Positions 28,336-39,233 are shown, numbered from the stretch's first letter. The stretch: DNA of 64,000 nt from Candidatus Multivorans sp. (GCA_965224025.1 OZ245033.1:3648001-3712000); one strand, 5' to 3'. The notes: generated by a model from the letters alone, not told the origin. Made by a program: numbers and translations.

Positions 28336-30792
28336 GTGCCGAACGCCGCCTGGATCGCAGGGGGCCTCACCCTCGCGTTGCTGATCGTGCCGAACGCCCC
28401 TGCTTCCGCTCTCCAGCCGCCTGGAGCAGGTGCGCGTGCACCCGAGCTCCAAGCCAGCCTGGAAGCCGCACTGGCCGCGATGCCGCCCGACTACCAGCCG
28501 CGTACCGAGCACCTGGACGCCGAGGGCGGGCCGCTGTTCCTGAACCGTCTGATCCTCGAGACGTCTCCGTATCTGCGCCAGCACGCCCACAATCCGGTCG
28601 ACTGGTTCCCCTGGGGCGAAGACGCGTTCGAACGCGCCGAGGCAGAGGACAAGCCGGTCTTCCTGTCGATCGGCTACTCCACCTGCCACTGGTGCCACGT
28701 CATGGAGCGCGAGAGCTTCGACAACGTCGAGGTCGCGCGGCTGATGAACGAGAAGTTCATCTGCATCAAGGTCGACCGGGAACAGCGGCCCGACATCGAC
28801 GACATCTACATGACCGCGGTCCAGGTCACGCAGCAGCGCGGCGGTTGGCCGATGTCCAGCTTCCTGCTGCCTGACCGCAGGCCTTTCTTCGGCGCCACCT
28901 ACTTTCCGCCGCAGCAGTTCGTCAACCTGATGCAGCAGGTCGACGCGGCCTGGCGGGAGCGGCGGGACGCTCTGGAGACCAGCGCCGCCCAGATCACGGA
29001 CCTCGTGCAGAGGATCACTTCCGCGCGCGGGACGGCGAAGAACCTGGGGCGCACAGTCATCACGCAGGCTACGGAAGGGCTGATCGCCAGCACGGACCGG
29101 GCCTACGGCGGTTTCGGGGGCGCTCCGAAGTTCCCCAACGAGACGAACCTCCTGCTGCTGCTCGAGGAGGCGCTCCGCACCGGGGATCGAAGACCGCTGG
29201 ACGCCGCGTTGATCACCCTGCGTGCCATGGCCCGAGGCGGCATCTACGACCAGGTCGGCGGCGGCTTCCACCGGTACTCGGTCGACGGCCGGTGGCTGGT
29301 TCCCCACTTCGAGAAGATGCTCTACAACCAGGCCCACCTGCTCCGGGCCTACGCCCTGGCCTACCGCCTGACCGGCGATCCGCTGCTGGGGCGCGTGGCG
29401 CATGAAACGGCCGACTACGTGCTGCGCGACATGACCTCGCCGGACGGGGCTTTCTACTCCGCCACCGACGCGGACAGCGAGGCGGCCGACGGCGAGTCGG
29501 TCGAAGGCGAGTTCTTCGTGTGGACGAAGGACCAGCTACGGGACGCGCTCGAGCCCGCGGACGCGGACCTCACGATCCGCCTGTTCGGGGTCACGGACGA
29601 AGGGAACTTCGAGCACCGCAACATCCTGTTTCTCGACCGGCCGCTCGACGAGAGCGGCGCCGACCTGGGACTGTCGCTCGATGATCTGCTTGGCAGGCTC
29701 GACCGCATCCGCGAGCGCCTCTATCAGGTCCGCGAAAAGCGTCCGCACACCCTGCGCGACGACAAGATCCTGACCTCCTGGAACGGCATGATGATCCGGG
29801 CGCTGGCCGAGGCCGCCGACGCTCTGGGCGAGCCGGCCTATGCCGAGGCCTCCGCCCGGGCCGCGGAGTTCCTCTGGAAACACTGCCGGCGCGAGGACGG
29901 CGGACTGTGGCGGGTCTGGCTCGACGGCAAGGCATCCACGCCGGGCCTGGTTCAGGACTACGCCCATCTGGCGCATGCGATGGTCTCCCTTTACGACGTG
30001 ACGGGCGACGGTGAATGGCTCGATCGCGCGACGTCGGTGGCCGGCCAGATGATGGACCGTTTCTGGGATCCTGGATCGGCCGATTCAGCGACTGCGGAGG
30101 GCCTGGGCAGCGGTTTCTTCATTGCCGAGCGAAAAGCCGCCAACCTGCTGATCGCCCAGCCGAAGAGCCCCACTGACGGCGCCGTCCCCTCAGGCAACTC
30201 GGTGGCCGCACGCGCCCTGGCCGAACTCGGCCGCCGCAACGGCGACGAGCAAGCGATCGACCGGTCCTTCGCCACGGTAGCCGCTTTCGCCGAGAGCGTC
30301 GAACGAGCGCCTGCCGCCTACACCTACATGCTCACTGGACTGGCCGTCGCCCTCGACGGCGATGCCGGCCCGCGAGGAACCGCCGGCAACGGCGCCGTGA
30401 CCGCCGCCGCCCGCCTGCGTCCCGGCCCCGCTTCAGGCGAGTACGAAGTCGACCTCGACCTCGTGATCAAGGACGGCTGGCACCTGAACGGCCCCGAACC
30501 GCTCCAGAAGGACCTGATCGGCACCCAGGTCCTCGGTGCCGGCAACGGCTTCGAGGTGACCGACCTCCGCTATCCCGAACCTCGACGGACGCAGGTCAGC
30601 ATCCAGTCCGGGGATGTCCTGATCTATGAAGGCCGGAAGAGGGTCAGCTTCGTGCTCCGCCCTCGCTCAGACTCCGCCCTTGAGGAATCCCCCGTCTCGG
30701 TCCCCATCTCTGTCCGCCTCCAAGCCTGCGACGACCAAGTGTGCCTCCTACCGGAAACGGTCGTGCTCGAACTGCCACTCGCCGACTCGTAG
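28336..30792 (+). CDS. DUF255/YyaL (SSP411-like) thioredoxin-domain protein with C-terminal DsbD-N-like domain
   Basis: [59 protein letters not shown]; C-terminal [17 protein letters not shown]; N-terminal signal-like segment. Confidence 0.9.
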   Translation: MPNAAWIAGGLTLALLIVPNAPASALQPPGAGARAPELQASLEAALAAMPPDYQPRTEHLDAEGGPLFLNRLILETSPYLRQHAHNPVDWFPWGEDAFERAEAEDKPVFLSIGYSTCHWCHVMERESFDNVEVARLMNEKFICIKVDREQRPDIDDIYMTAVQVTQQRGGWPMSSFLLPDRRPFFGATYFPPQQFVNLMQQVDAAWRERRDALETSAAQITDLVQRITSARGTAKNLGRTVITQATEGLIASTDRAYGGFGGAPKFPNETNLLLLLEEALRTGDRRPLDAALITLRAMARGGIYDQVGGGFHRYSVDGRWLVPHFEKMLYNQAHLLRAYALAYRLTGDPLLGRVAHETADYVLRDMTSPDGAFYSATDADSEAADGESVEGEFFVWTKDQLRDALEPADADLTIRLFGVTDEGNFEHRNILFLDRPLDESGADLGLSLDDLLGRLDRIRERLYQVREKRPHTLRDDKILTSWNGMMIRALAEAADALGEPAYAEASARAAEFLWKHCRREDGGLWRVWLDGKASTPGLVQDYAHLAHAMVSLYDVTGDGEWLDRATSVAGQMMDRFWDPGSADSATAEGLGSGFFIAERKAANLLIAQPKSPTDGAVPSGNSVAARALAELGRRNGDEQAIDRSFATVAAFAESVERAPAAYTYMLTGLAVALDGDAGPRGTAGNGAVTAAARLRPGPASGEYEVDLDLVIKDGWHLNGPEPLQKDLIGTQVLGAGNGFEVTDLRYPEPRRTQVSIQSGDVLIYEGRKRVSFVLRPRSDSALEESPVSVPISVRLQACDDQVCLLPETVVLELPLADS

Positions 30793-30871
30793 CCAGTACG
30801 ACCGTACCCACCGGGAACACTCGTGGCTCGGCCAGATCCCTCGGCAACGACCCCACCTTCGCTGCAGCCGG

Positions 30872-32185
30872 CTACGGCGCCGCGATGCAGTACAGGTTGC
30901 GGCGGCCGCGCAGGTAGATCTCGTCGCCGACGATCGCGGGCGAAGCGTCGAAGCGGTCGTCCAGCTCACTCTCGGCGAGGACCTCGAACTTCGGCCCCGC
31001 CTTGGCGACCAGGAACTCTCCGTCGCGGCTGGCGAAGTAGACGCGGTCCCCTACCGCCACCGGCGAAGCGTAGATGTTGCGCACCACGCCCAGACGCTGG
31101 TTCGCATACAGCGCCTCGCCGGTCGCAGCGTCGTAGGCCGACAGAATCCCGCGGTTCGACTTGGTGAAGTAGATGACGCCGTCGTGCAGCAGCGGCGAGG
31201 GCACGTAGGGAGTATCGCGATCCACGCTCCAGACCACGTGATCCGTGCCGGTGATGTCACCCGCCGCGCCGTCGAGGCGCACGGCCATCAGCTTGCTGCC
31301 GCGAAACCCGCTGGTCAGGTAGACGACGCCGTCGGCGTACACCGGTGAGGGAATCGCGTTCAGGGTCATGCCGGTGGTGGTCCAGATCGGCTCGCCCGTG
31401 TCGGCGTCGTAGGCGCGGACGCGGTTCGTCGCGCTCGTGACGACCTGCGTCCGGCCGCCGTGCTCGACGACGAGGGGCGTGGTCCACGCCGACATCTCGT
31501 CGCGAGGCCTACGCCAGATCTCCTCGCCCGAGTTCTTGTCGAGCGCAACGATGAAGGAGTCGTCCTCGTGGTCCCAGATCACGAACACCCGCTCACCGTG
31601 GAGCGCCGGCGAACTCCCCTCGCCGAAGCCGAGTCGTGTCCTCATGTCGCCGAAGTCGCGGCGCCAGAGTTCCCGGCCGTCGAGATCGAACGCGAACAGA
31701 CCGCGAGAGCCGAAGAAGGCGATCAACACCTCGCCGTCCGTGACGGGAGAGCCGGACGCCCAGGTGCCGTCCGGATGGTGCCCCTCGTGCGGCGCCTCCG
31801 TGAGGACCGATCGCCTCCAGACGGTGGAACCGTCGCGGCGGTCAAGGGCATGGACCTCGTAGCTCAGCACCTGGTCGGGAACCACGCCATCGCCCCGAAC
31901 CGGCGCCGGCGAATTCTCGACACGCTCGCCGGTGGGCACCGCCGTCGTCAGGAAGAGGCGGTCGCCCCAGACGATCGGCGACGACAGCCCGAGGCCCGGC
32001 ATCGCCCTCTTCCAGCGGACGTTCTTGTCTTCGGACCACTCGATCGGCGGGTTTCCAGCCGGCGCCGAACCGGTGCGGTTCGGGCCGCGCCAGGCTGGCC
32101 AGCCGCCCTCGACATCCGAAGCGCGATCCGAAGCCGGAGGGGCCGCTGCCAGGACGGCGGCGAGCAGCAGAGCAAAGCCTTGCAT
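30872..32185 (-). CDS. PQQ-binding-like beta-propeller repeat protein
   Basis: WPAWRGP, SSPIVWGDRLF, repeated SP..G..W units, YASPV, ASPAI; signal peptide. Confidence 0.88.
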   Translation of the reverse strand: MQGFALLLAAVLAAAPPASDRASDVEGGWPAWRGPNRTGSAPAGNPPIEWSEDKNVRWKRAMPGLGLSSPIVWGDRLFLTTAVPTGERVENSPAPVRGDGVVPDQVLSYEVHALDRRDGSTVWRRSVLTEAPHEGHHPDGTWASGSPVTDGEVLIAFFGSRGLFAFDLDGRELWRRDFGDMRTRLGFGEGSSPALHGERVFVIWDHEDDSFIVALDKNSGEEIWRRPRDEMSAWTTPLVVEHGGRTQVVTSATNRVRAYDADTGEPIWTTTGMTLNAIPSPVYADGVVYLTSGFRGSKLMAVRLDGAAGDITGTDHVVWSVDRDTPYVPSPLLHDGVIYFTKSNRGILSAYDAATGEALYANQRLGVVRNIYASPVAVGDRVYFASRDGEFLVAKAGPKFEVLAESELDDRFDASPAIVGDEIYLRGRRNLYCIAAP

Positions 32186-32195
32186 GGCGCTCCCC

Positions 32196-33098
32196 TTAGA
32201 GGCTCTCGAAAATGAAACCGATGAACACCGACTCGTTGATGAAGCCGGAACCCCAACCGTCCCACTCGTCCGAGAGCCCTGCGGCCTGAATCTCCTCTAC
32301 CGACTTGCCGGCGTCCTTGGCCGCCTTCACCGTGGCGACGGACTCGTCGAGCATCCGGTGGTACGTCTTCAGATCATCGACCGTCGATAGCGGACCGTGG
32401 CCCGGGATCACCTTCGCATCGGCCGGCAGGTGCTCCAGCACCTCCCCAATGCTGTCCCTGAGGCCCACGGCGTTGCCACCGTTCCCGACATCGACGAAGG
32501 GAAAGCGGCCGGCGAAGAACTGGTCGCCGAGGTGGACGACGTTCGAGTCGGTGAAGTAGATGAAGCTGTCTCCATCCGTGTGCCCGCCGGTCAGGTGACC
32601 GACCATGATCTCCTCGCCGTTGAAGTGGATAGACAGTCCGTCGTCGTAGGTCACCACCGGGAGAGCTTCCTTGGGCGCCGGCTCGGCCGGGTTGCCCCGA
32701 ACCCCGGCGCCCTCGGCGAGACGCTTGCGGACGTTCGTGTGCGCCACGATCAGAGCCTCCTTGCCGAACACGACGTTGCCGCCGGTGTGGTCGAAGTGAA
32801 AGTGGGTGTTCAGAACGAACTCCAGGTCGCCGGGCGAGATGCCCTTGAGCGCGGCGCGGATCTTGTCGGCCAAAGCCTCGAACTGATCGTCGACGATCAG
32901 GATGCCGTCGTCGCCGGCCGACACGCCGATGTTGCCGCCGGCGCCGGTCAGCATGTGGACCGGACCGGCTACGTGCTGGGCCGTGACCTCGACGGCCGAG
33001 AAGTCCTGCTGTGCCGCGGCCGGCGCGGCGAGGAGCGCTGCCGCGGCCACGGTTGCGACAAGCGGCAGAGAACGGGAACGAATCGTCAGGCGGGTCAT
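32196..33098 (-). CDS. MBL-fold metallo-hydrolase (secreted)
   Basis: NTHFHFDHTGGN, GHTDGD, HLGD, IPGHG; GAGGAG SD and signal peptide. Confidence 0.9.
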   Translation of the reverse strand: MTRLTIRSRSLPLVATVAAAALLAAPAAAQQDFSAVEVTAQHVAGPVHMLTGAGGNIGVSAGDDGILIVDDQFEALADKIRAALKGISPGDLEFVLNTHFHFDHTGGNVVFGKEALIVAHTNVRKRLAEGAGVRGNPAEPAPKEALPVVTYDDGLSIHFNGEEIMVGHLTGGHTDGDSFIYFTDSNVVHLGDQFFAGRFPFVDVGNGGNAVGLRDSIGEVLEHLPADAKVIPGHGPLSTVDDLKTYHRMLDESVATVKAAKDAGKSVEEIQAAGLSDEWDGWGSGFINESVFIGFIFESL

Positions 33099-33199
33099 AT
33101 GTCTCTCCTCGTTGTGGAGTGGCGAACTCGTGCCGGCAGACAGCCGGCGGAAGCGGACCCTAGCAGCCCGACGTTGTCCGTCCGGGAAGTCCTCGACCC

Positions 33200-34042
33200 T
33201 CAATGCGCCAGCGCGTACAGCACCAGGTTGACGCCGAACGGGTACGACTTGGTCAGTGAGAAGCGCTCGAAGAACTCGCGCGACTCACCCTCGCGCTCCC
33301 AACCGTCGGCGATGTCCGTGTTGTGGGTCATCGCAACCAGGAGCCGTCCCGTCTCGTCGAAGATGCCGCGGAAGTGCGGCTCGGCGGAGTTCATTCCACG
33401 CTCCGAAGTCTCCGAACCGCCGGTCATGTTCCAGTATTGGATCGACGGAATCTGTGGAACTTCATCGACGGTGAAGAAGGTCCTGAAAATCGGGTGTGTC
33501 GGCGGGATGTCGACGATCGGGAAGTCGCTCGGCGGCAACACGCGACCGATCTGACCGGACCAGTGGTCCCAGGCCCGCGGCCCCCAGAAGTCATCGACGT
33601 AGAGGAAGCCGCCCGCCAGAAGGTAACGCCTCAGGTTCTCCGCCTCGACTTCGTTGATGCCGATCGTGCCGACGTCCGACATGAAGAGAAACGGAAACTC
33701 GAACAGCCGCGGGTCGTCCAGCGTCAGAACCAGGTGCTCCGGATCCCCGTATGCCGTTCGCTGGATCTCGACCGTCGTCAACTGGGACAGCCGGGTCATG
33801 AAGTTGTATTCGGAATCCGGGTAGTCGGTGAACCAGCCCTGTCCCAACCACTCGTCGATGACCTGCCGGTACTGGCCGCGGCAGAACACGAAGCCCTCCA
33901 GGTACTGGCGCCCCTCCTCGGGGTAGCGCGCCGGCACCCGGCGCCACCACTGGGCGGGCAGCAGGGAGGCCAGAAGCAGCGTCGCAGCGGCCAGAATCGC
34001 CGGCAGCCGCCACCTCGACCCGTGTTCCACATTGGACTCCAC
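33200..34042 (-). CDS. DUF4159 domain protein
   Basis: WFTDYPDSE, LRRYLLAGGFLYVDDFWG, HPIF, HNTDIADGWE, GVNLVLYALAH. Confidence 0.82.
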   Translation of the reverse strand: MESNVEHGSRWRLPAILAAATLLLASLLPAQWWRRVPARYPEEGRQYLEGFVFCRGQYRQVIDEWLGQGWFTDYPDSEYNFMTRLSQLTTVEIQRTAYGDPEHLVLTLDDPRLFEFPFLFMSDVGTIGINEVEAENLRRYLLAGGFLYVDDFWGPRAWDHWSGQIGRVLPPSDFPIVDIPPTHPIFRTFFTVDEVPQIPSIQYWNMTGGSETSERGMNSAEPHFRGIFDETGRLLVAMTHNTDIADGWEREGESREFFERFSLTKSYPFGVNLVLYALAH

Positions 34043-34128
34043 GGCCCGATCGTAGCGCGTGCCGGCCGGGCGCTAAGATGACCGCCTCCCTCTCGAGAGT
34101 CAGCCAACGCCCACCGGAGGACTTATCC

Positions 34129-34995
34129 GTGAACGCCGAACCTCTGTCCCGCCGCACCCTGATCGCCGGCGCCGCTTCCGTCGCCGCGGCCGCCGCCGCC
34201 CCCGCGGCCCTCACCGCTCAGCAGGAACGGGTGATCAAGAACGGACGAATCCGTCAGTCCGTGTGCAAGTGGTGCTACGGCCGCATGCCCCTCGACGAAC
34301 TCGCGGCGGCCTCTAAGGCCATGGGCCTCGAGTCCGTCGAGATCCTCGACGTATCGGACTTCCCCACCATCCAGAAACATGGCCTGAGTTGCGCAATGAC
34401 GAACAGCCACGGCATCCCCAAGGGCCTGAACGACCCGGCCAACCACGAGGCCTGCCTGGAAGCGATCAGCTCCAGCATCGACGCCGCCGCCGAAGCCGGC
34501 TTCCCCAACGTGATCACCTTCTCGGGCAACCGCGACGGCATGGCCGACGGCGAGGGTCTCGAGAACTGCGTCAATGCCCTCAAGCAGATCGTCGGCCACG
34601 CCGAGCAGAAGGGCGTCACCATCTGCATGGAGCTGCTCAACTCCAAGGTCAACCACGCCGACTACATGGCCGACAACATGCCCTGGCTGGTCGAGCTCGT
34701 GGACCGGGTCGGCTCCGACCGCTTCAGGATCCTCTACGACATCTACCACGCGCAGGTCATGGAGGGCGACGTCATCCGCACGATCCGCGACCACCACCAG
34801 CACATCGGCCACTACCACACCGCCGGCAACCCTGGCCGTAACGAACTCGACGACGACCAGGAGCTCTACTACCCGGCGATCATGCGCGCCATCCTCGAGA
34901 CCGGCTACACCGGGATCGTGGGCCAGGAGTTTATCCCCAAGGGCGAGGACAAGCTCGCCGCCCTCGCGCACGGTGTGCGCGTCTGTGACGTCTAA
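34129..34995 (+). CDS. Hydroxypyruvate isomerase-like TIM-barrel protein, Tat-exported
   Basis: SRRTLI twin-arginine signal, QSVCKWC, MELLNSKVNHADY, LYDIYHAQVMEG, HYHTAGNPGRNE, GQEF. Confidence 0.87.
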   Translation: MNAEPLSRRTLIAGAASVAAAAAAPAALTAQQERVIKNGRIRQSVCKWCYGRMPLDELAAASKAMGLESVEILDVSDFPTIQKHGLSCAMTNSHGIPKGLNDPANHEACLEAISSSIDAAAEAGFPNVITFSGNRDGMADGEGLENCVNALKQIVGHAEQKGVTICMELLNSKVNHADYMADNMPWLVELVDRVGSDRFRILYDIYHAQVMEGDVIRTIRDHHQHIGHYHTAGNPGRNELDDDQELYYPAIMRAILETGYTGIVGQEFIPKGEDKLAALAHGVRVCDV

Positions 34996-36341
34996 CTGGG
35001 TGCGCCGGCGTCCCCGCCGGCTGCCGCCGCAGGCGGCCTGAAAGACGCGCCGGCCAACGGCCGGTTCCAACTCCCCTCAGCCTGCGTCTCGTCCCGAAAC
35101 AGGGCCACGAATCCAACCATCGTCAGCACCGCTAGCGCCGACAGCGAGTACCACAACGCCGAGTAGTCGAGCACGCCCGCCTCGTTGGTGAAGAGCGTCG
35201 ACAGCACCTGTAGTACCGGCGCGGCCAGCACCGGGCCAAGGCCAAGGATCACGATGCCGAACACGGTCTGCGCCGAGTGGCGGACATCCGCCGCCGCGAT
35301 GCGGTCCACGTAGATGAAGGCGGCGGCGAAGAAACACGCATAGCACAGGCCATGCAGTGCCTGGCTGGCGACGATCACCGGTACCGGCAGGAACACGCTG
35401 CCGAAGATCGCGTAGCGGGCTGCGTAGGCGAGCACGCCGATCGTGATCACGCCGCGGAAACCCAACCGGGCCAGCAGCCAGCCCGTGGCCACCATGACCG
35501 CGATCTCGGCGAACTGGCCGATGCTCATCGCAGGACCGATGCGGCTGTCCGCAAGACCGAGCACCTCGCTCATGAACGGCGCCGTCTGCATGAAGTAGAT
35601 CTGGTGGATCACGGCGATCGGCAAACTCGCCGCCACCAGGATCACGAACGATCGCTGCCGGAAGAGCCCGAACGCCTTGGCGAAGGCGAGCTTCTCCTTC
35701 GCGTCCCGGCGGGGCGGCGTCGGCGGCAGGAAGAGGCAGAAGAGCGCGTAACCGAAGGCGAGAACACCGCTCCAGACCAGCGAGTCGACGAGCCTGGCCG
35801 TCGCGTCCGGGGCCTCGACACCGACGTAGAACGGCGGCAGCCACGACAGGCGCACGTCGGACAGAAGCCAGAACAGCGGGAAGGCCCAACTGGCCGCGAT
35901 CCAGCCGATCGTGCCCCACACCCGGACCTTCGGGAACTCCCGGTCCCCGTCGTCCATGTGGGCGAAGGCAAGCGAGTTGGAGAGCGCCAGGGTAGGCGTG
36001 TAGAGCACCGAATAGAGCACTGACAGCCACAGCCAGGCGCCGAAACTGGTCTGGTAGGCGGTGACGATCTTGACCACGCCGCCCGCCACCAGGAGCACCG
36101 CCAACACCCGCTGGGTCGAGAACGACCGGTCGGCGAGCTGACCGGCGACGAAGGGCGCCGTGACGGCCCCGATCGAACTCGCAAGCCCCAGGATCCAGCC
36201 GATCTGGCCCGGCGTGAAGCCGAGACCGCCCTCCGAAGGCTCCGCCTGGAGGTAGCGGGCGAGCACCGGCAGCCAGACGCCCCAAACGCCGTACTGCAGG
36301 AGCATCATGACGGAGAGCCGAAGGTAGGTCTGTCGCTTCAC
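34992..36341 (-). CDS. MFS nucleoside:H+ symporter family transporter (NupG/YegT-like)
   Basis: LSVMMLLQYGVWGVW, GQLADR, FPKVRVWGTIGWI, MSIGQFAE, LHGLCY, RHSAQ. Confidence 0.88.
   Translation of the reverse strand: MKRQTYLRLSVMMLLQYGVWGVWLPVLARYLQAEPSEGGLGFTPGQIGWILGLASSIGAVTAPFVAGQLADRSFSTQRVLAVLLVAGGVVKIVTAYQTSFGAWLWLSVLYSVLYTPTLALSNSLAFAHMDDGDREFPKVRVWGTIGWIAASWAFPLFWLLSDVRLSWLPPFYVGVEAPDATARLVDSLVWSGVLAFGYALFCLFLPPTPPRRDAKEKLAFAKAFGLFRQRSFVILVAASLPIAVIHQIYFMQTAPFMSEVLGLADSRIGPAMSIGQFAEIAVMVATGWLLARLGFRGVITIGVLAYAARYAIFGSVFLPVPVIVASQALHGLCYACFFAAAFIYVDRIAAADVRHSAQTVFGIVILGLGPVLAAPVLQVLSTLFTNEAGVLDYSALWYSLSALAVLTMVGFVALFRDETQAEGSWNRPLAGASFRPPAAAAGGDAGAPS
34998..35021 (+). repeat. REP-like GC hairpin at a convergent gene junction
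   Basis: GGGTGCGCCGGCGTCCCCGCCGGC; same architecture as the hairpins at 36439 and 46832. Confidence 0.45.
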
Positions 36342-36370
36342 GCGGGCATCCTACGTCCACATCGATCCTG

Positions 36371-36463
36371 GGAACCCAGGTGGCGCGATTCGCGCCACCT
36401 GCGAACCGCTCCGCGCGCCCGTCATCGGGCGCGGGGACGGAACGCGGGCGTCTCGCCCGCATC
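36371..36463 (+). repeat. Double-hairpin repeat, copy 2, plus REP-like 25-mer
   Basis: CAGGTGGCGCG-ATT-CGCGCCACCTG and CGCGCCCG-TCAT-CGGGCGCG, then GGAACGCGGGCGTCTCGCCCGCATC (identical at 46832-46856). Confidence 0.75.
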
Positions 36464-36480
36464 CGGCCGGCGCCGCTCCA

Positions 36481-38811
36481 CTACTCGATCGTCTCCAACT
36501 CCCCCACGCCCTCCACGACCCGATACAACCGGTCCATCCGGACCTCCGTGAAGATCTGCGCCAGATCGGTCGTCGGCCAGTAGACCTCGATCTTCTCGAC
36601 GGCCTCCGGCCGTCCAAGCCCGATCGTCTGCCGCAGCGGATTGCCGCCGAAGCTGCCGCCACCGTTGACCCGCCGGTGCACGCTCCGGCGCTCGCCGTCG
36701 GCATCCGCCAAGTCGACCCGGACCCGAACCCCGATCGCCGAGCGGTTGCTCTCGGTACCGACCAGCCGCAAGCCGAGCCAGCGATTGCCGAAGCCTGGAT
36801 TCTCAAACAGGGCGTCGCCGAAGCCGTCGCCAGGGAAGGCGCCGCCCATCTGTTCGAAGACATCCAGGTCGCCGTCCGAGTCCACGTCGGCGAACACCAC
36901 CGCGTGTCCCTTCTGCAGGTGGCCGAAGCCGGCGGCGAGACTCACGTCGACGAATCGCTCTCCGCCCAGGCTGCGGTAGAGGACGTTGGGCATCACCGCC
37001 TCGTAGTCCGGGTAGCCGGTGCCGAGGTAGAAGTCGAGGAAGCCGTCCGCGTCCAGATCGCCGAAGTTGGATCCCATGGGCAGATGGAGCCGGCTCAGAC
37101 CGACGCGGGCCGCGACATCCTCGAAGCGGCCGCCGTCGCCCGTGCCCCGGTAGAGACGCGCCAGCTCCCAGGGCCCGGGGAACCCCTGGTAGCTCGCGGC
37201 CACGAAGCCCAGCCCGCCCCGGTCACCGGTGTAACTGGACACGAACAGATCGAGGTTGCCGTCATTGTCGAAGTCCCAGAACCACGCCGGGAAGCTCTGG
37301 CGAGGTCCCGTGACGCCGAGCTCCGCGGCAACGTCCTCGAAGGTGCCATCCCCGCGGTTGCGGTACAGGCGGTTCGCGCCGCCCAGCACCGAGACGTACA
37401 GGTCCGGGAACCGATCGTTGTCGACGTCGCCCCAGACCGCCGCCTTGACGAAGGCCCGCACTTCGACGCCCGCCGCGGCAGCGACATCGCGGAACCGCAC
37501 CACGCCGTCCGGCCCCGCGCCCTCGTTGCGGAAGAGCTGCGACGGCGCCGCCTGCCCGGCGCTGTGCTCGTTGCCGACGAACAGGTCCAGGTCGCCGTCG
37601 TTGTCGTAGTCGGACCAGGCGGCGGTCTGGGTCGGGTAATGGGCCTCACCGAGGCCGCTCAGGAAGGTCACGTCGCGGAAGACCGGCGCGCCACCTTTCT
37701 CCGCGTTCTCCCCGCCGGTGGGTTCATTGCGCAGCAGCGAGTTCGGGTGCCGGCCGTGGGGCCCGAACCAGGCGCCACGGAGCACGTAGACGTCGAGGTC
37801 GCCATCGTTGTCGTAGTCCGCGTGGACCACGTTGAGACCGCCGTAGAGCCCCTCGAGACCAGCGACGGACGTCCGGTCCTCGAACCCGCCGGCTCCGTCA
37901 CCCACGAAGAACCGCGGTTCGCCCGCGGGGTCGAAGGTCGTGCTGAAGAGGTCGAGGTCGGTATCCCCGTCGAAGTCGTCGACCACGGCGCCGCCCGACA
38001 GGTTGAACGAGTCGACGCCCAGCACGGGCGCCACATTCCGGAAGCGCGGGAAGTCGGCGCCGCTGCCGAACGCCTCCAGCGGTAGCCGGTACTCGGGCTC
38101 GACCCCGCCGGGATGGTCGCCCAACGTCATGTGGACGAGGTTCAGCAGCCACTTCCCCTGAACCTGCTGGACCGAGTTCTCGGGCGCCGCCTCCAGGTAC
38201 TCCCGCAGATAGCGCGCGGCCTGCTCGGAGCCCTCCCGTTCGCGGTGAACCGCACTGCCCCGGATCGGCAGGATGCAGGCCTCGGCACTGTGAGTCGCGG
38301 CACAGTTCCGGCTCTCGCCGTAGCGGAGCCAGGCCACGGCGATACGGAACAGGGTCGCCGTCTTCTCCCCTTCCGTCAGGCCGTCGGTCGCCGGCAACAG
38401 TTCGTAGGCCTCGCCGAACCGGCGCAGCGCCTCGGTCTCATTCCCGAGCCGCAGTTCCTCCTCCGCAACGTCCATCAGGAGCCGGAAGCGGCGATCCGCA
38501 GGGGTACCGCCGGATGCCGCCAGTGCGGCCCGCGCCGCACGGGCCGAAGCCTCACCAAACCAGGGGTTGTCCTCGACGCTGGCGAGCCGGATCTCCTCCA
38601 GCAGTTCCAGCATCCGCCGATGGCCGTCGCCCAGCTTCCCGTCGCCGGCACGTTCCGGAACCGCCTGCGGCTGCCCCTGAGCGGCCCGCGGCGCGAAACC
38701 TGCCACTGCCGCGACCAGCCAGACGGCAGCGGCGAGTGCCCCGAATCGCGTGACACGGCAACGCCCGGAACGCCCGCCCGTGGACGACCTCGACGGCGGG
38801 CCGCCGGTCAC
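36481..38811 (-). CDS. CRTAC1-like FG-GAP/ASPIC-UnbV protein with helical N-terminal region
   Basis: Multiple DxDxDGxxD motifs, C-terminal SNRSAIGVRV..GGSFGG..IGLG..VYWP ASPIC domain; GTG 38811 overlaps the upstream stop. Confidence 0.85.
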   Translation of the reverse strand: MTGGPPSRSSTGGRSGRCRVTRFGALAAAVWLVAAVAGFAPRAAQGQPQAVPERAGDGKLGDGHRRMLELLEEIRLASVEDNPWFGEASARAARAALAASGGTPADRRFRLLMDVAEEELRLGNETEALRRFGEAYELLPATDGLTEGEKTATLFRIAVAWLRYGESRNCAATHSAEACILPIRGSAVHREREGSEQAARYLREYLEAAPENSVQQVQGKWLLNLVHMTLGDHPGGVEPEYRLPLEAFGSGADFPRFRNVAPVLGVDSFNLSGGAVVDDFDGDTDLDLFSTTFDPAGEPRFFVGDGAGGFEDRTSVAGLEGLYGGLNVVHADYDNDGDLDVYVLRGAWFGPHGRHPNSLLRNEPTGGENAEKGGAPVFRDVTFLSGLGEAHYPTQTAAWSDYDNDGDLDLFVGNEHSAGQAAPSQLFRNEGAGPDGVVRFRDVAAAAGVEVRAFVKAAVWGDVDNDRFPDLYVSVLGGANRLYRNRGDGTFEDVAAELGVTGPRQSFPAWFWDFDNDGNLDLFVSSYTGDRGGLGFVAASYQGFPGPWELARLYRGTGDGGRFEDVAARVGLSRLHLPMGSNFGDLDADGFLDFYLGTGYPDYEAVMPNVLYRSLGGERFVDVSLAAGFGHLQKGHAVVFADVDSDGDLDVFEQMGGAFPGDGFGDALFENPGFGNRWLGLRLVGTESNRSAIGVRVRVDLADADGERRSVHRRVNGGGSFGGNPLRQTIGLGRPEAVEKIEVYWPTTDLAQIFTEVRMDRLYRVVEGVGELETIE

Positions 38812-39056
38812 GGGAACACGCGGAGTTCGAAGTCCGGTTCGTTGATGATGCTGGCGCTGCCGCCGGTGGCCCGAATGACGAAGAGCCCCCGCCGCTCTGC
38901 GTGCCTGGTCACCGAACTGTCGCTCCTCAGGTAGGCCACCGCGCCGTAGACCGGCCGTCCCCGGTATGGCGTGAACCACTCGGAAAACCACGACAGCTTG
39001 TCCAGAAACCAGGCGACGGCGCCGGGGCTCCCTTCGTGTGGATTGTTGCTCGTCAT
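38808..39056 (-). CDS. Small hypothetical protein, probably a C-terminal remnant of a PD-(D/E)XK-like protein
   Basis: GAGG SD and ATG; VYGAVAYL..AERRGLFVIRATGGSASIINEPDF resembles the C-terminus of such proteins; catalytic part not seen. Confidence 0.5.
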   Translation of the reverse strand: MTSNNPHEGSPGAVAWFLDKLSWFSEWFTPYRGRPVYGAVAYLRSDSSVTRHAERRGLFVIRATGGSASIINEPDFELRVFP

Positions 39057-39233
39057 AGGTTCCTCTTATCTCCCGGCGCCGACCTCACCGCATCGGTTCT
39101 CGTGTTTGGCGCAGGCGAGATCGGCGGCGCCCTCCGCTCCGCAGCCAATCCGCTCACACGGAATCGTATCGCGGCCCGCGGCGTCGCCCGACCTCCACCG
39201 GCTGTGACGGACGCCTCGATTGACCCCGCCGGT

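Noticed and set aside
26336-30792. Long overlapping ORF calls for sialidase (583 aa), AlkD (624 aa) and DUF255 (1093 aa)
   Set aside because: Extra N-termini are Arg/Pro-rich shadows; trimmed starts remove the overlaps
32196-33098. Antibiotic-resistance metallo-beta-lactamase
   Set aside because: Generic HxHxDH MBL-fold hydrolase; nothing specific for beta-lactamase activity
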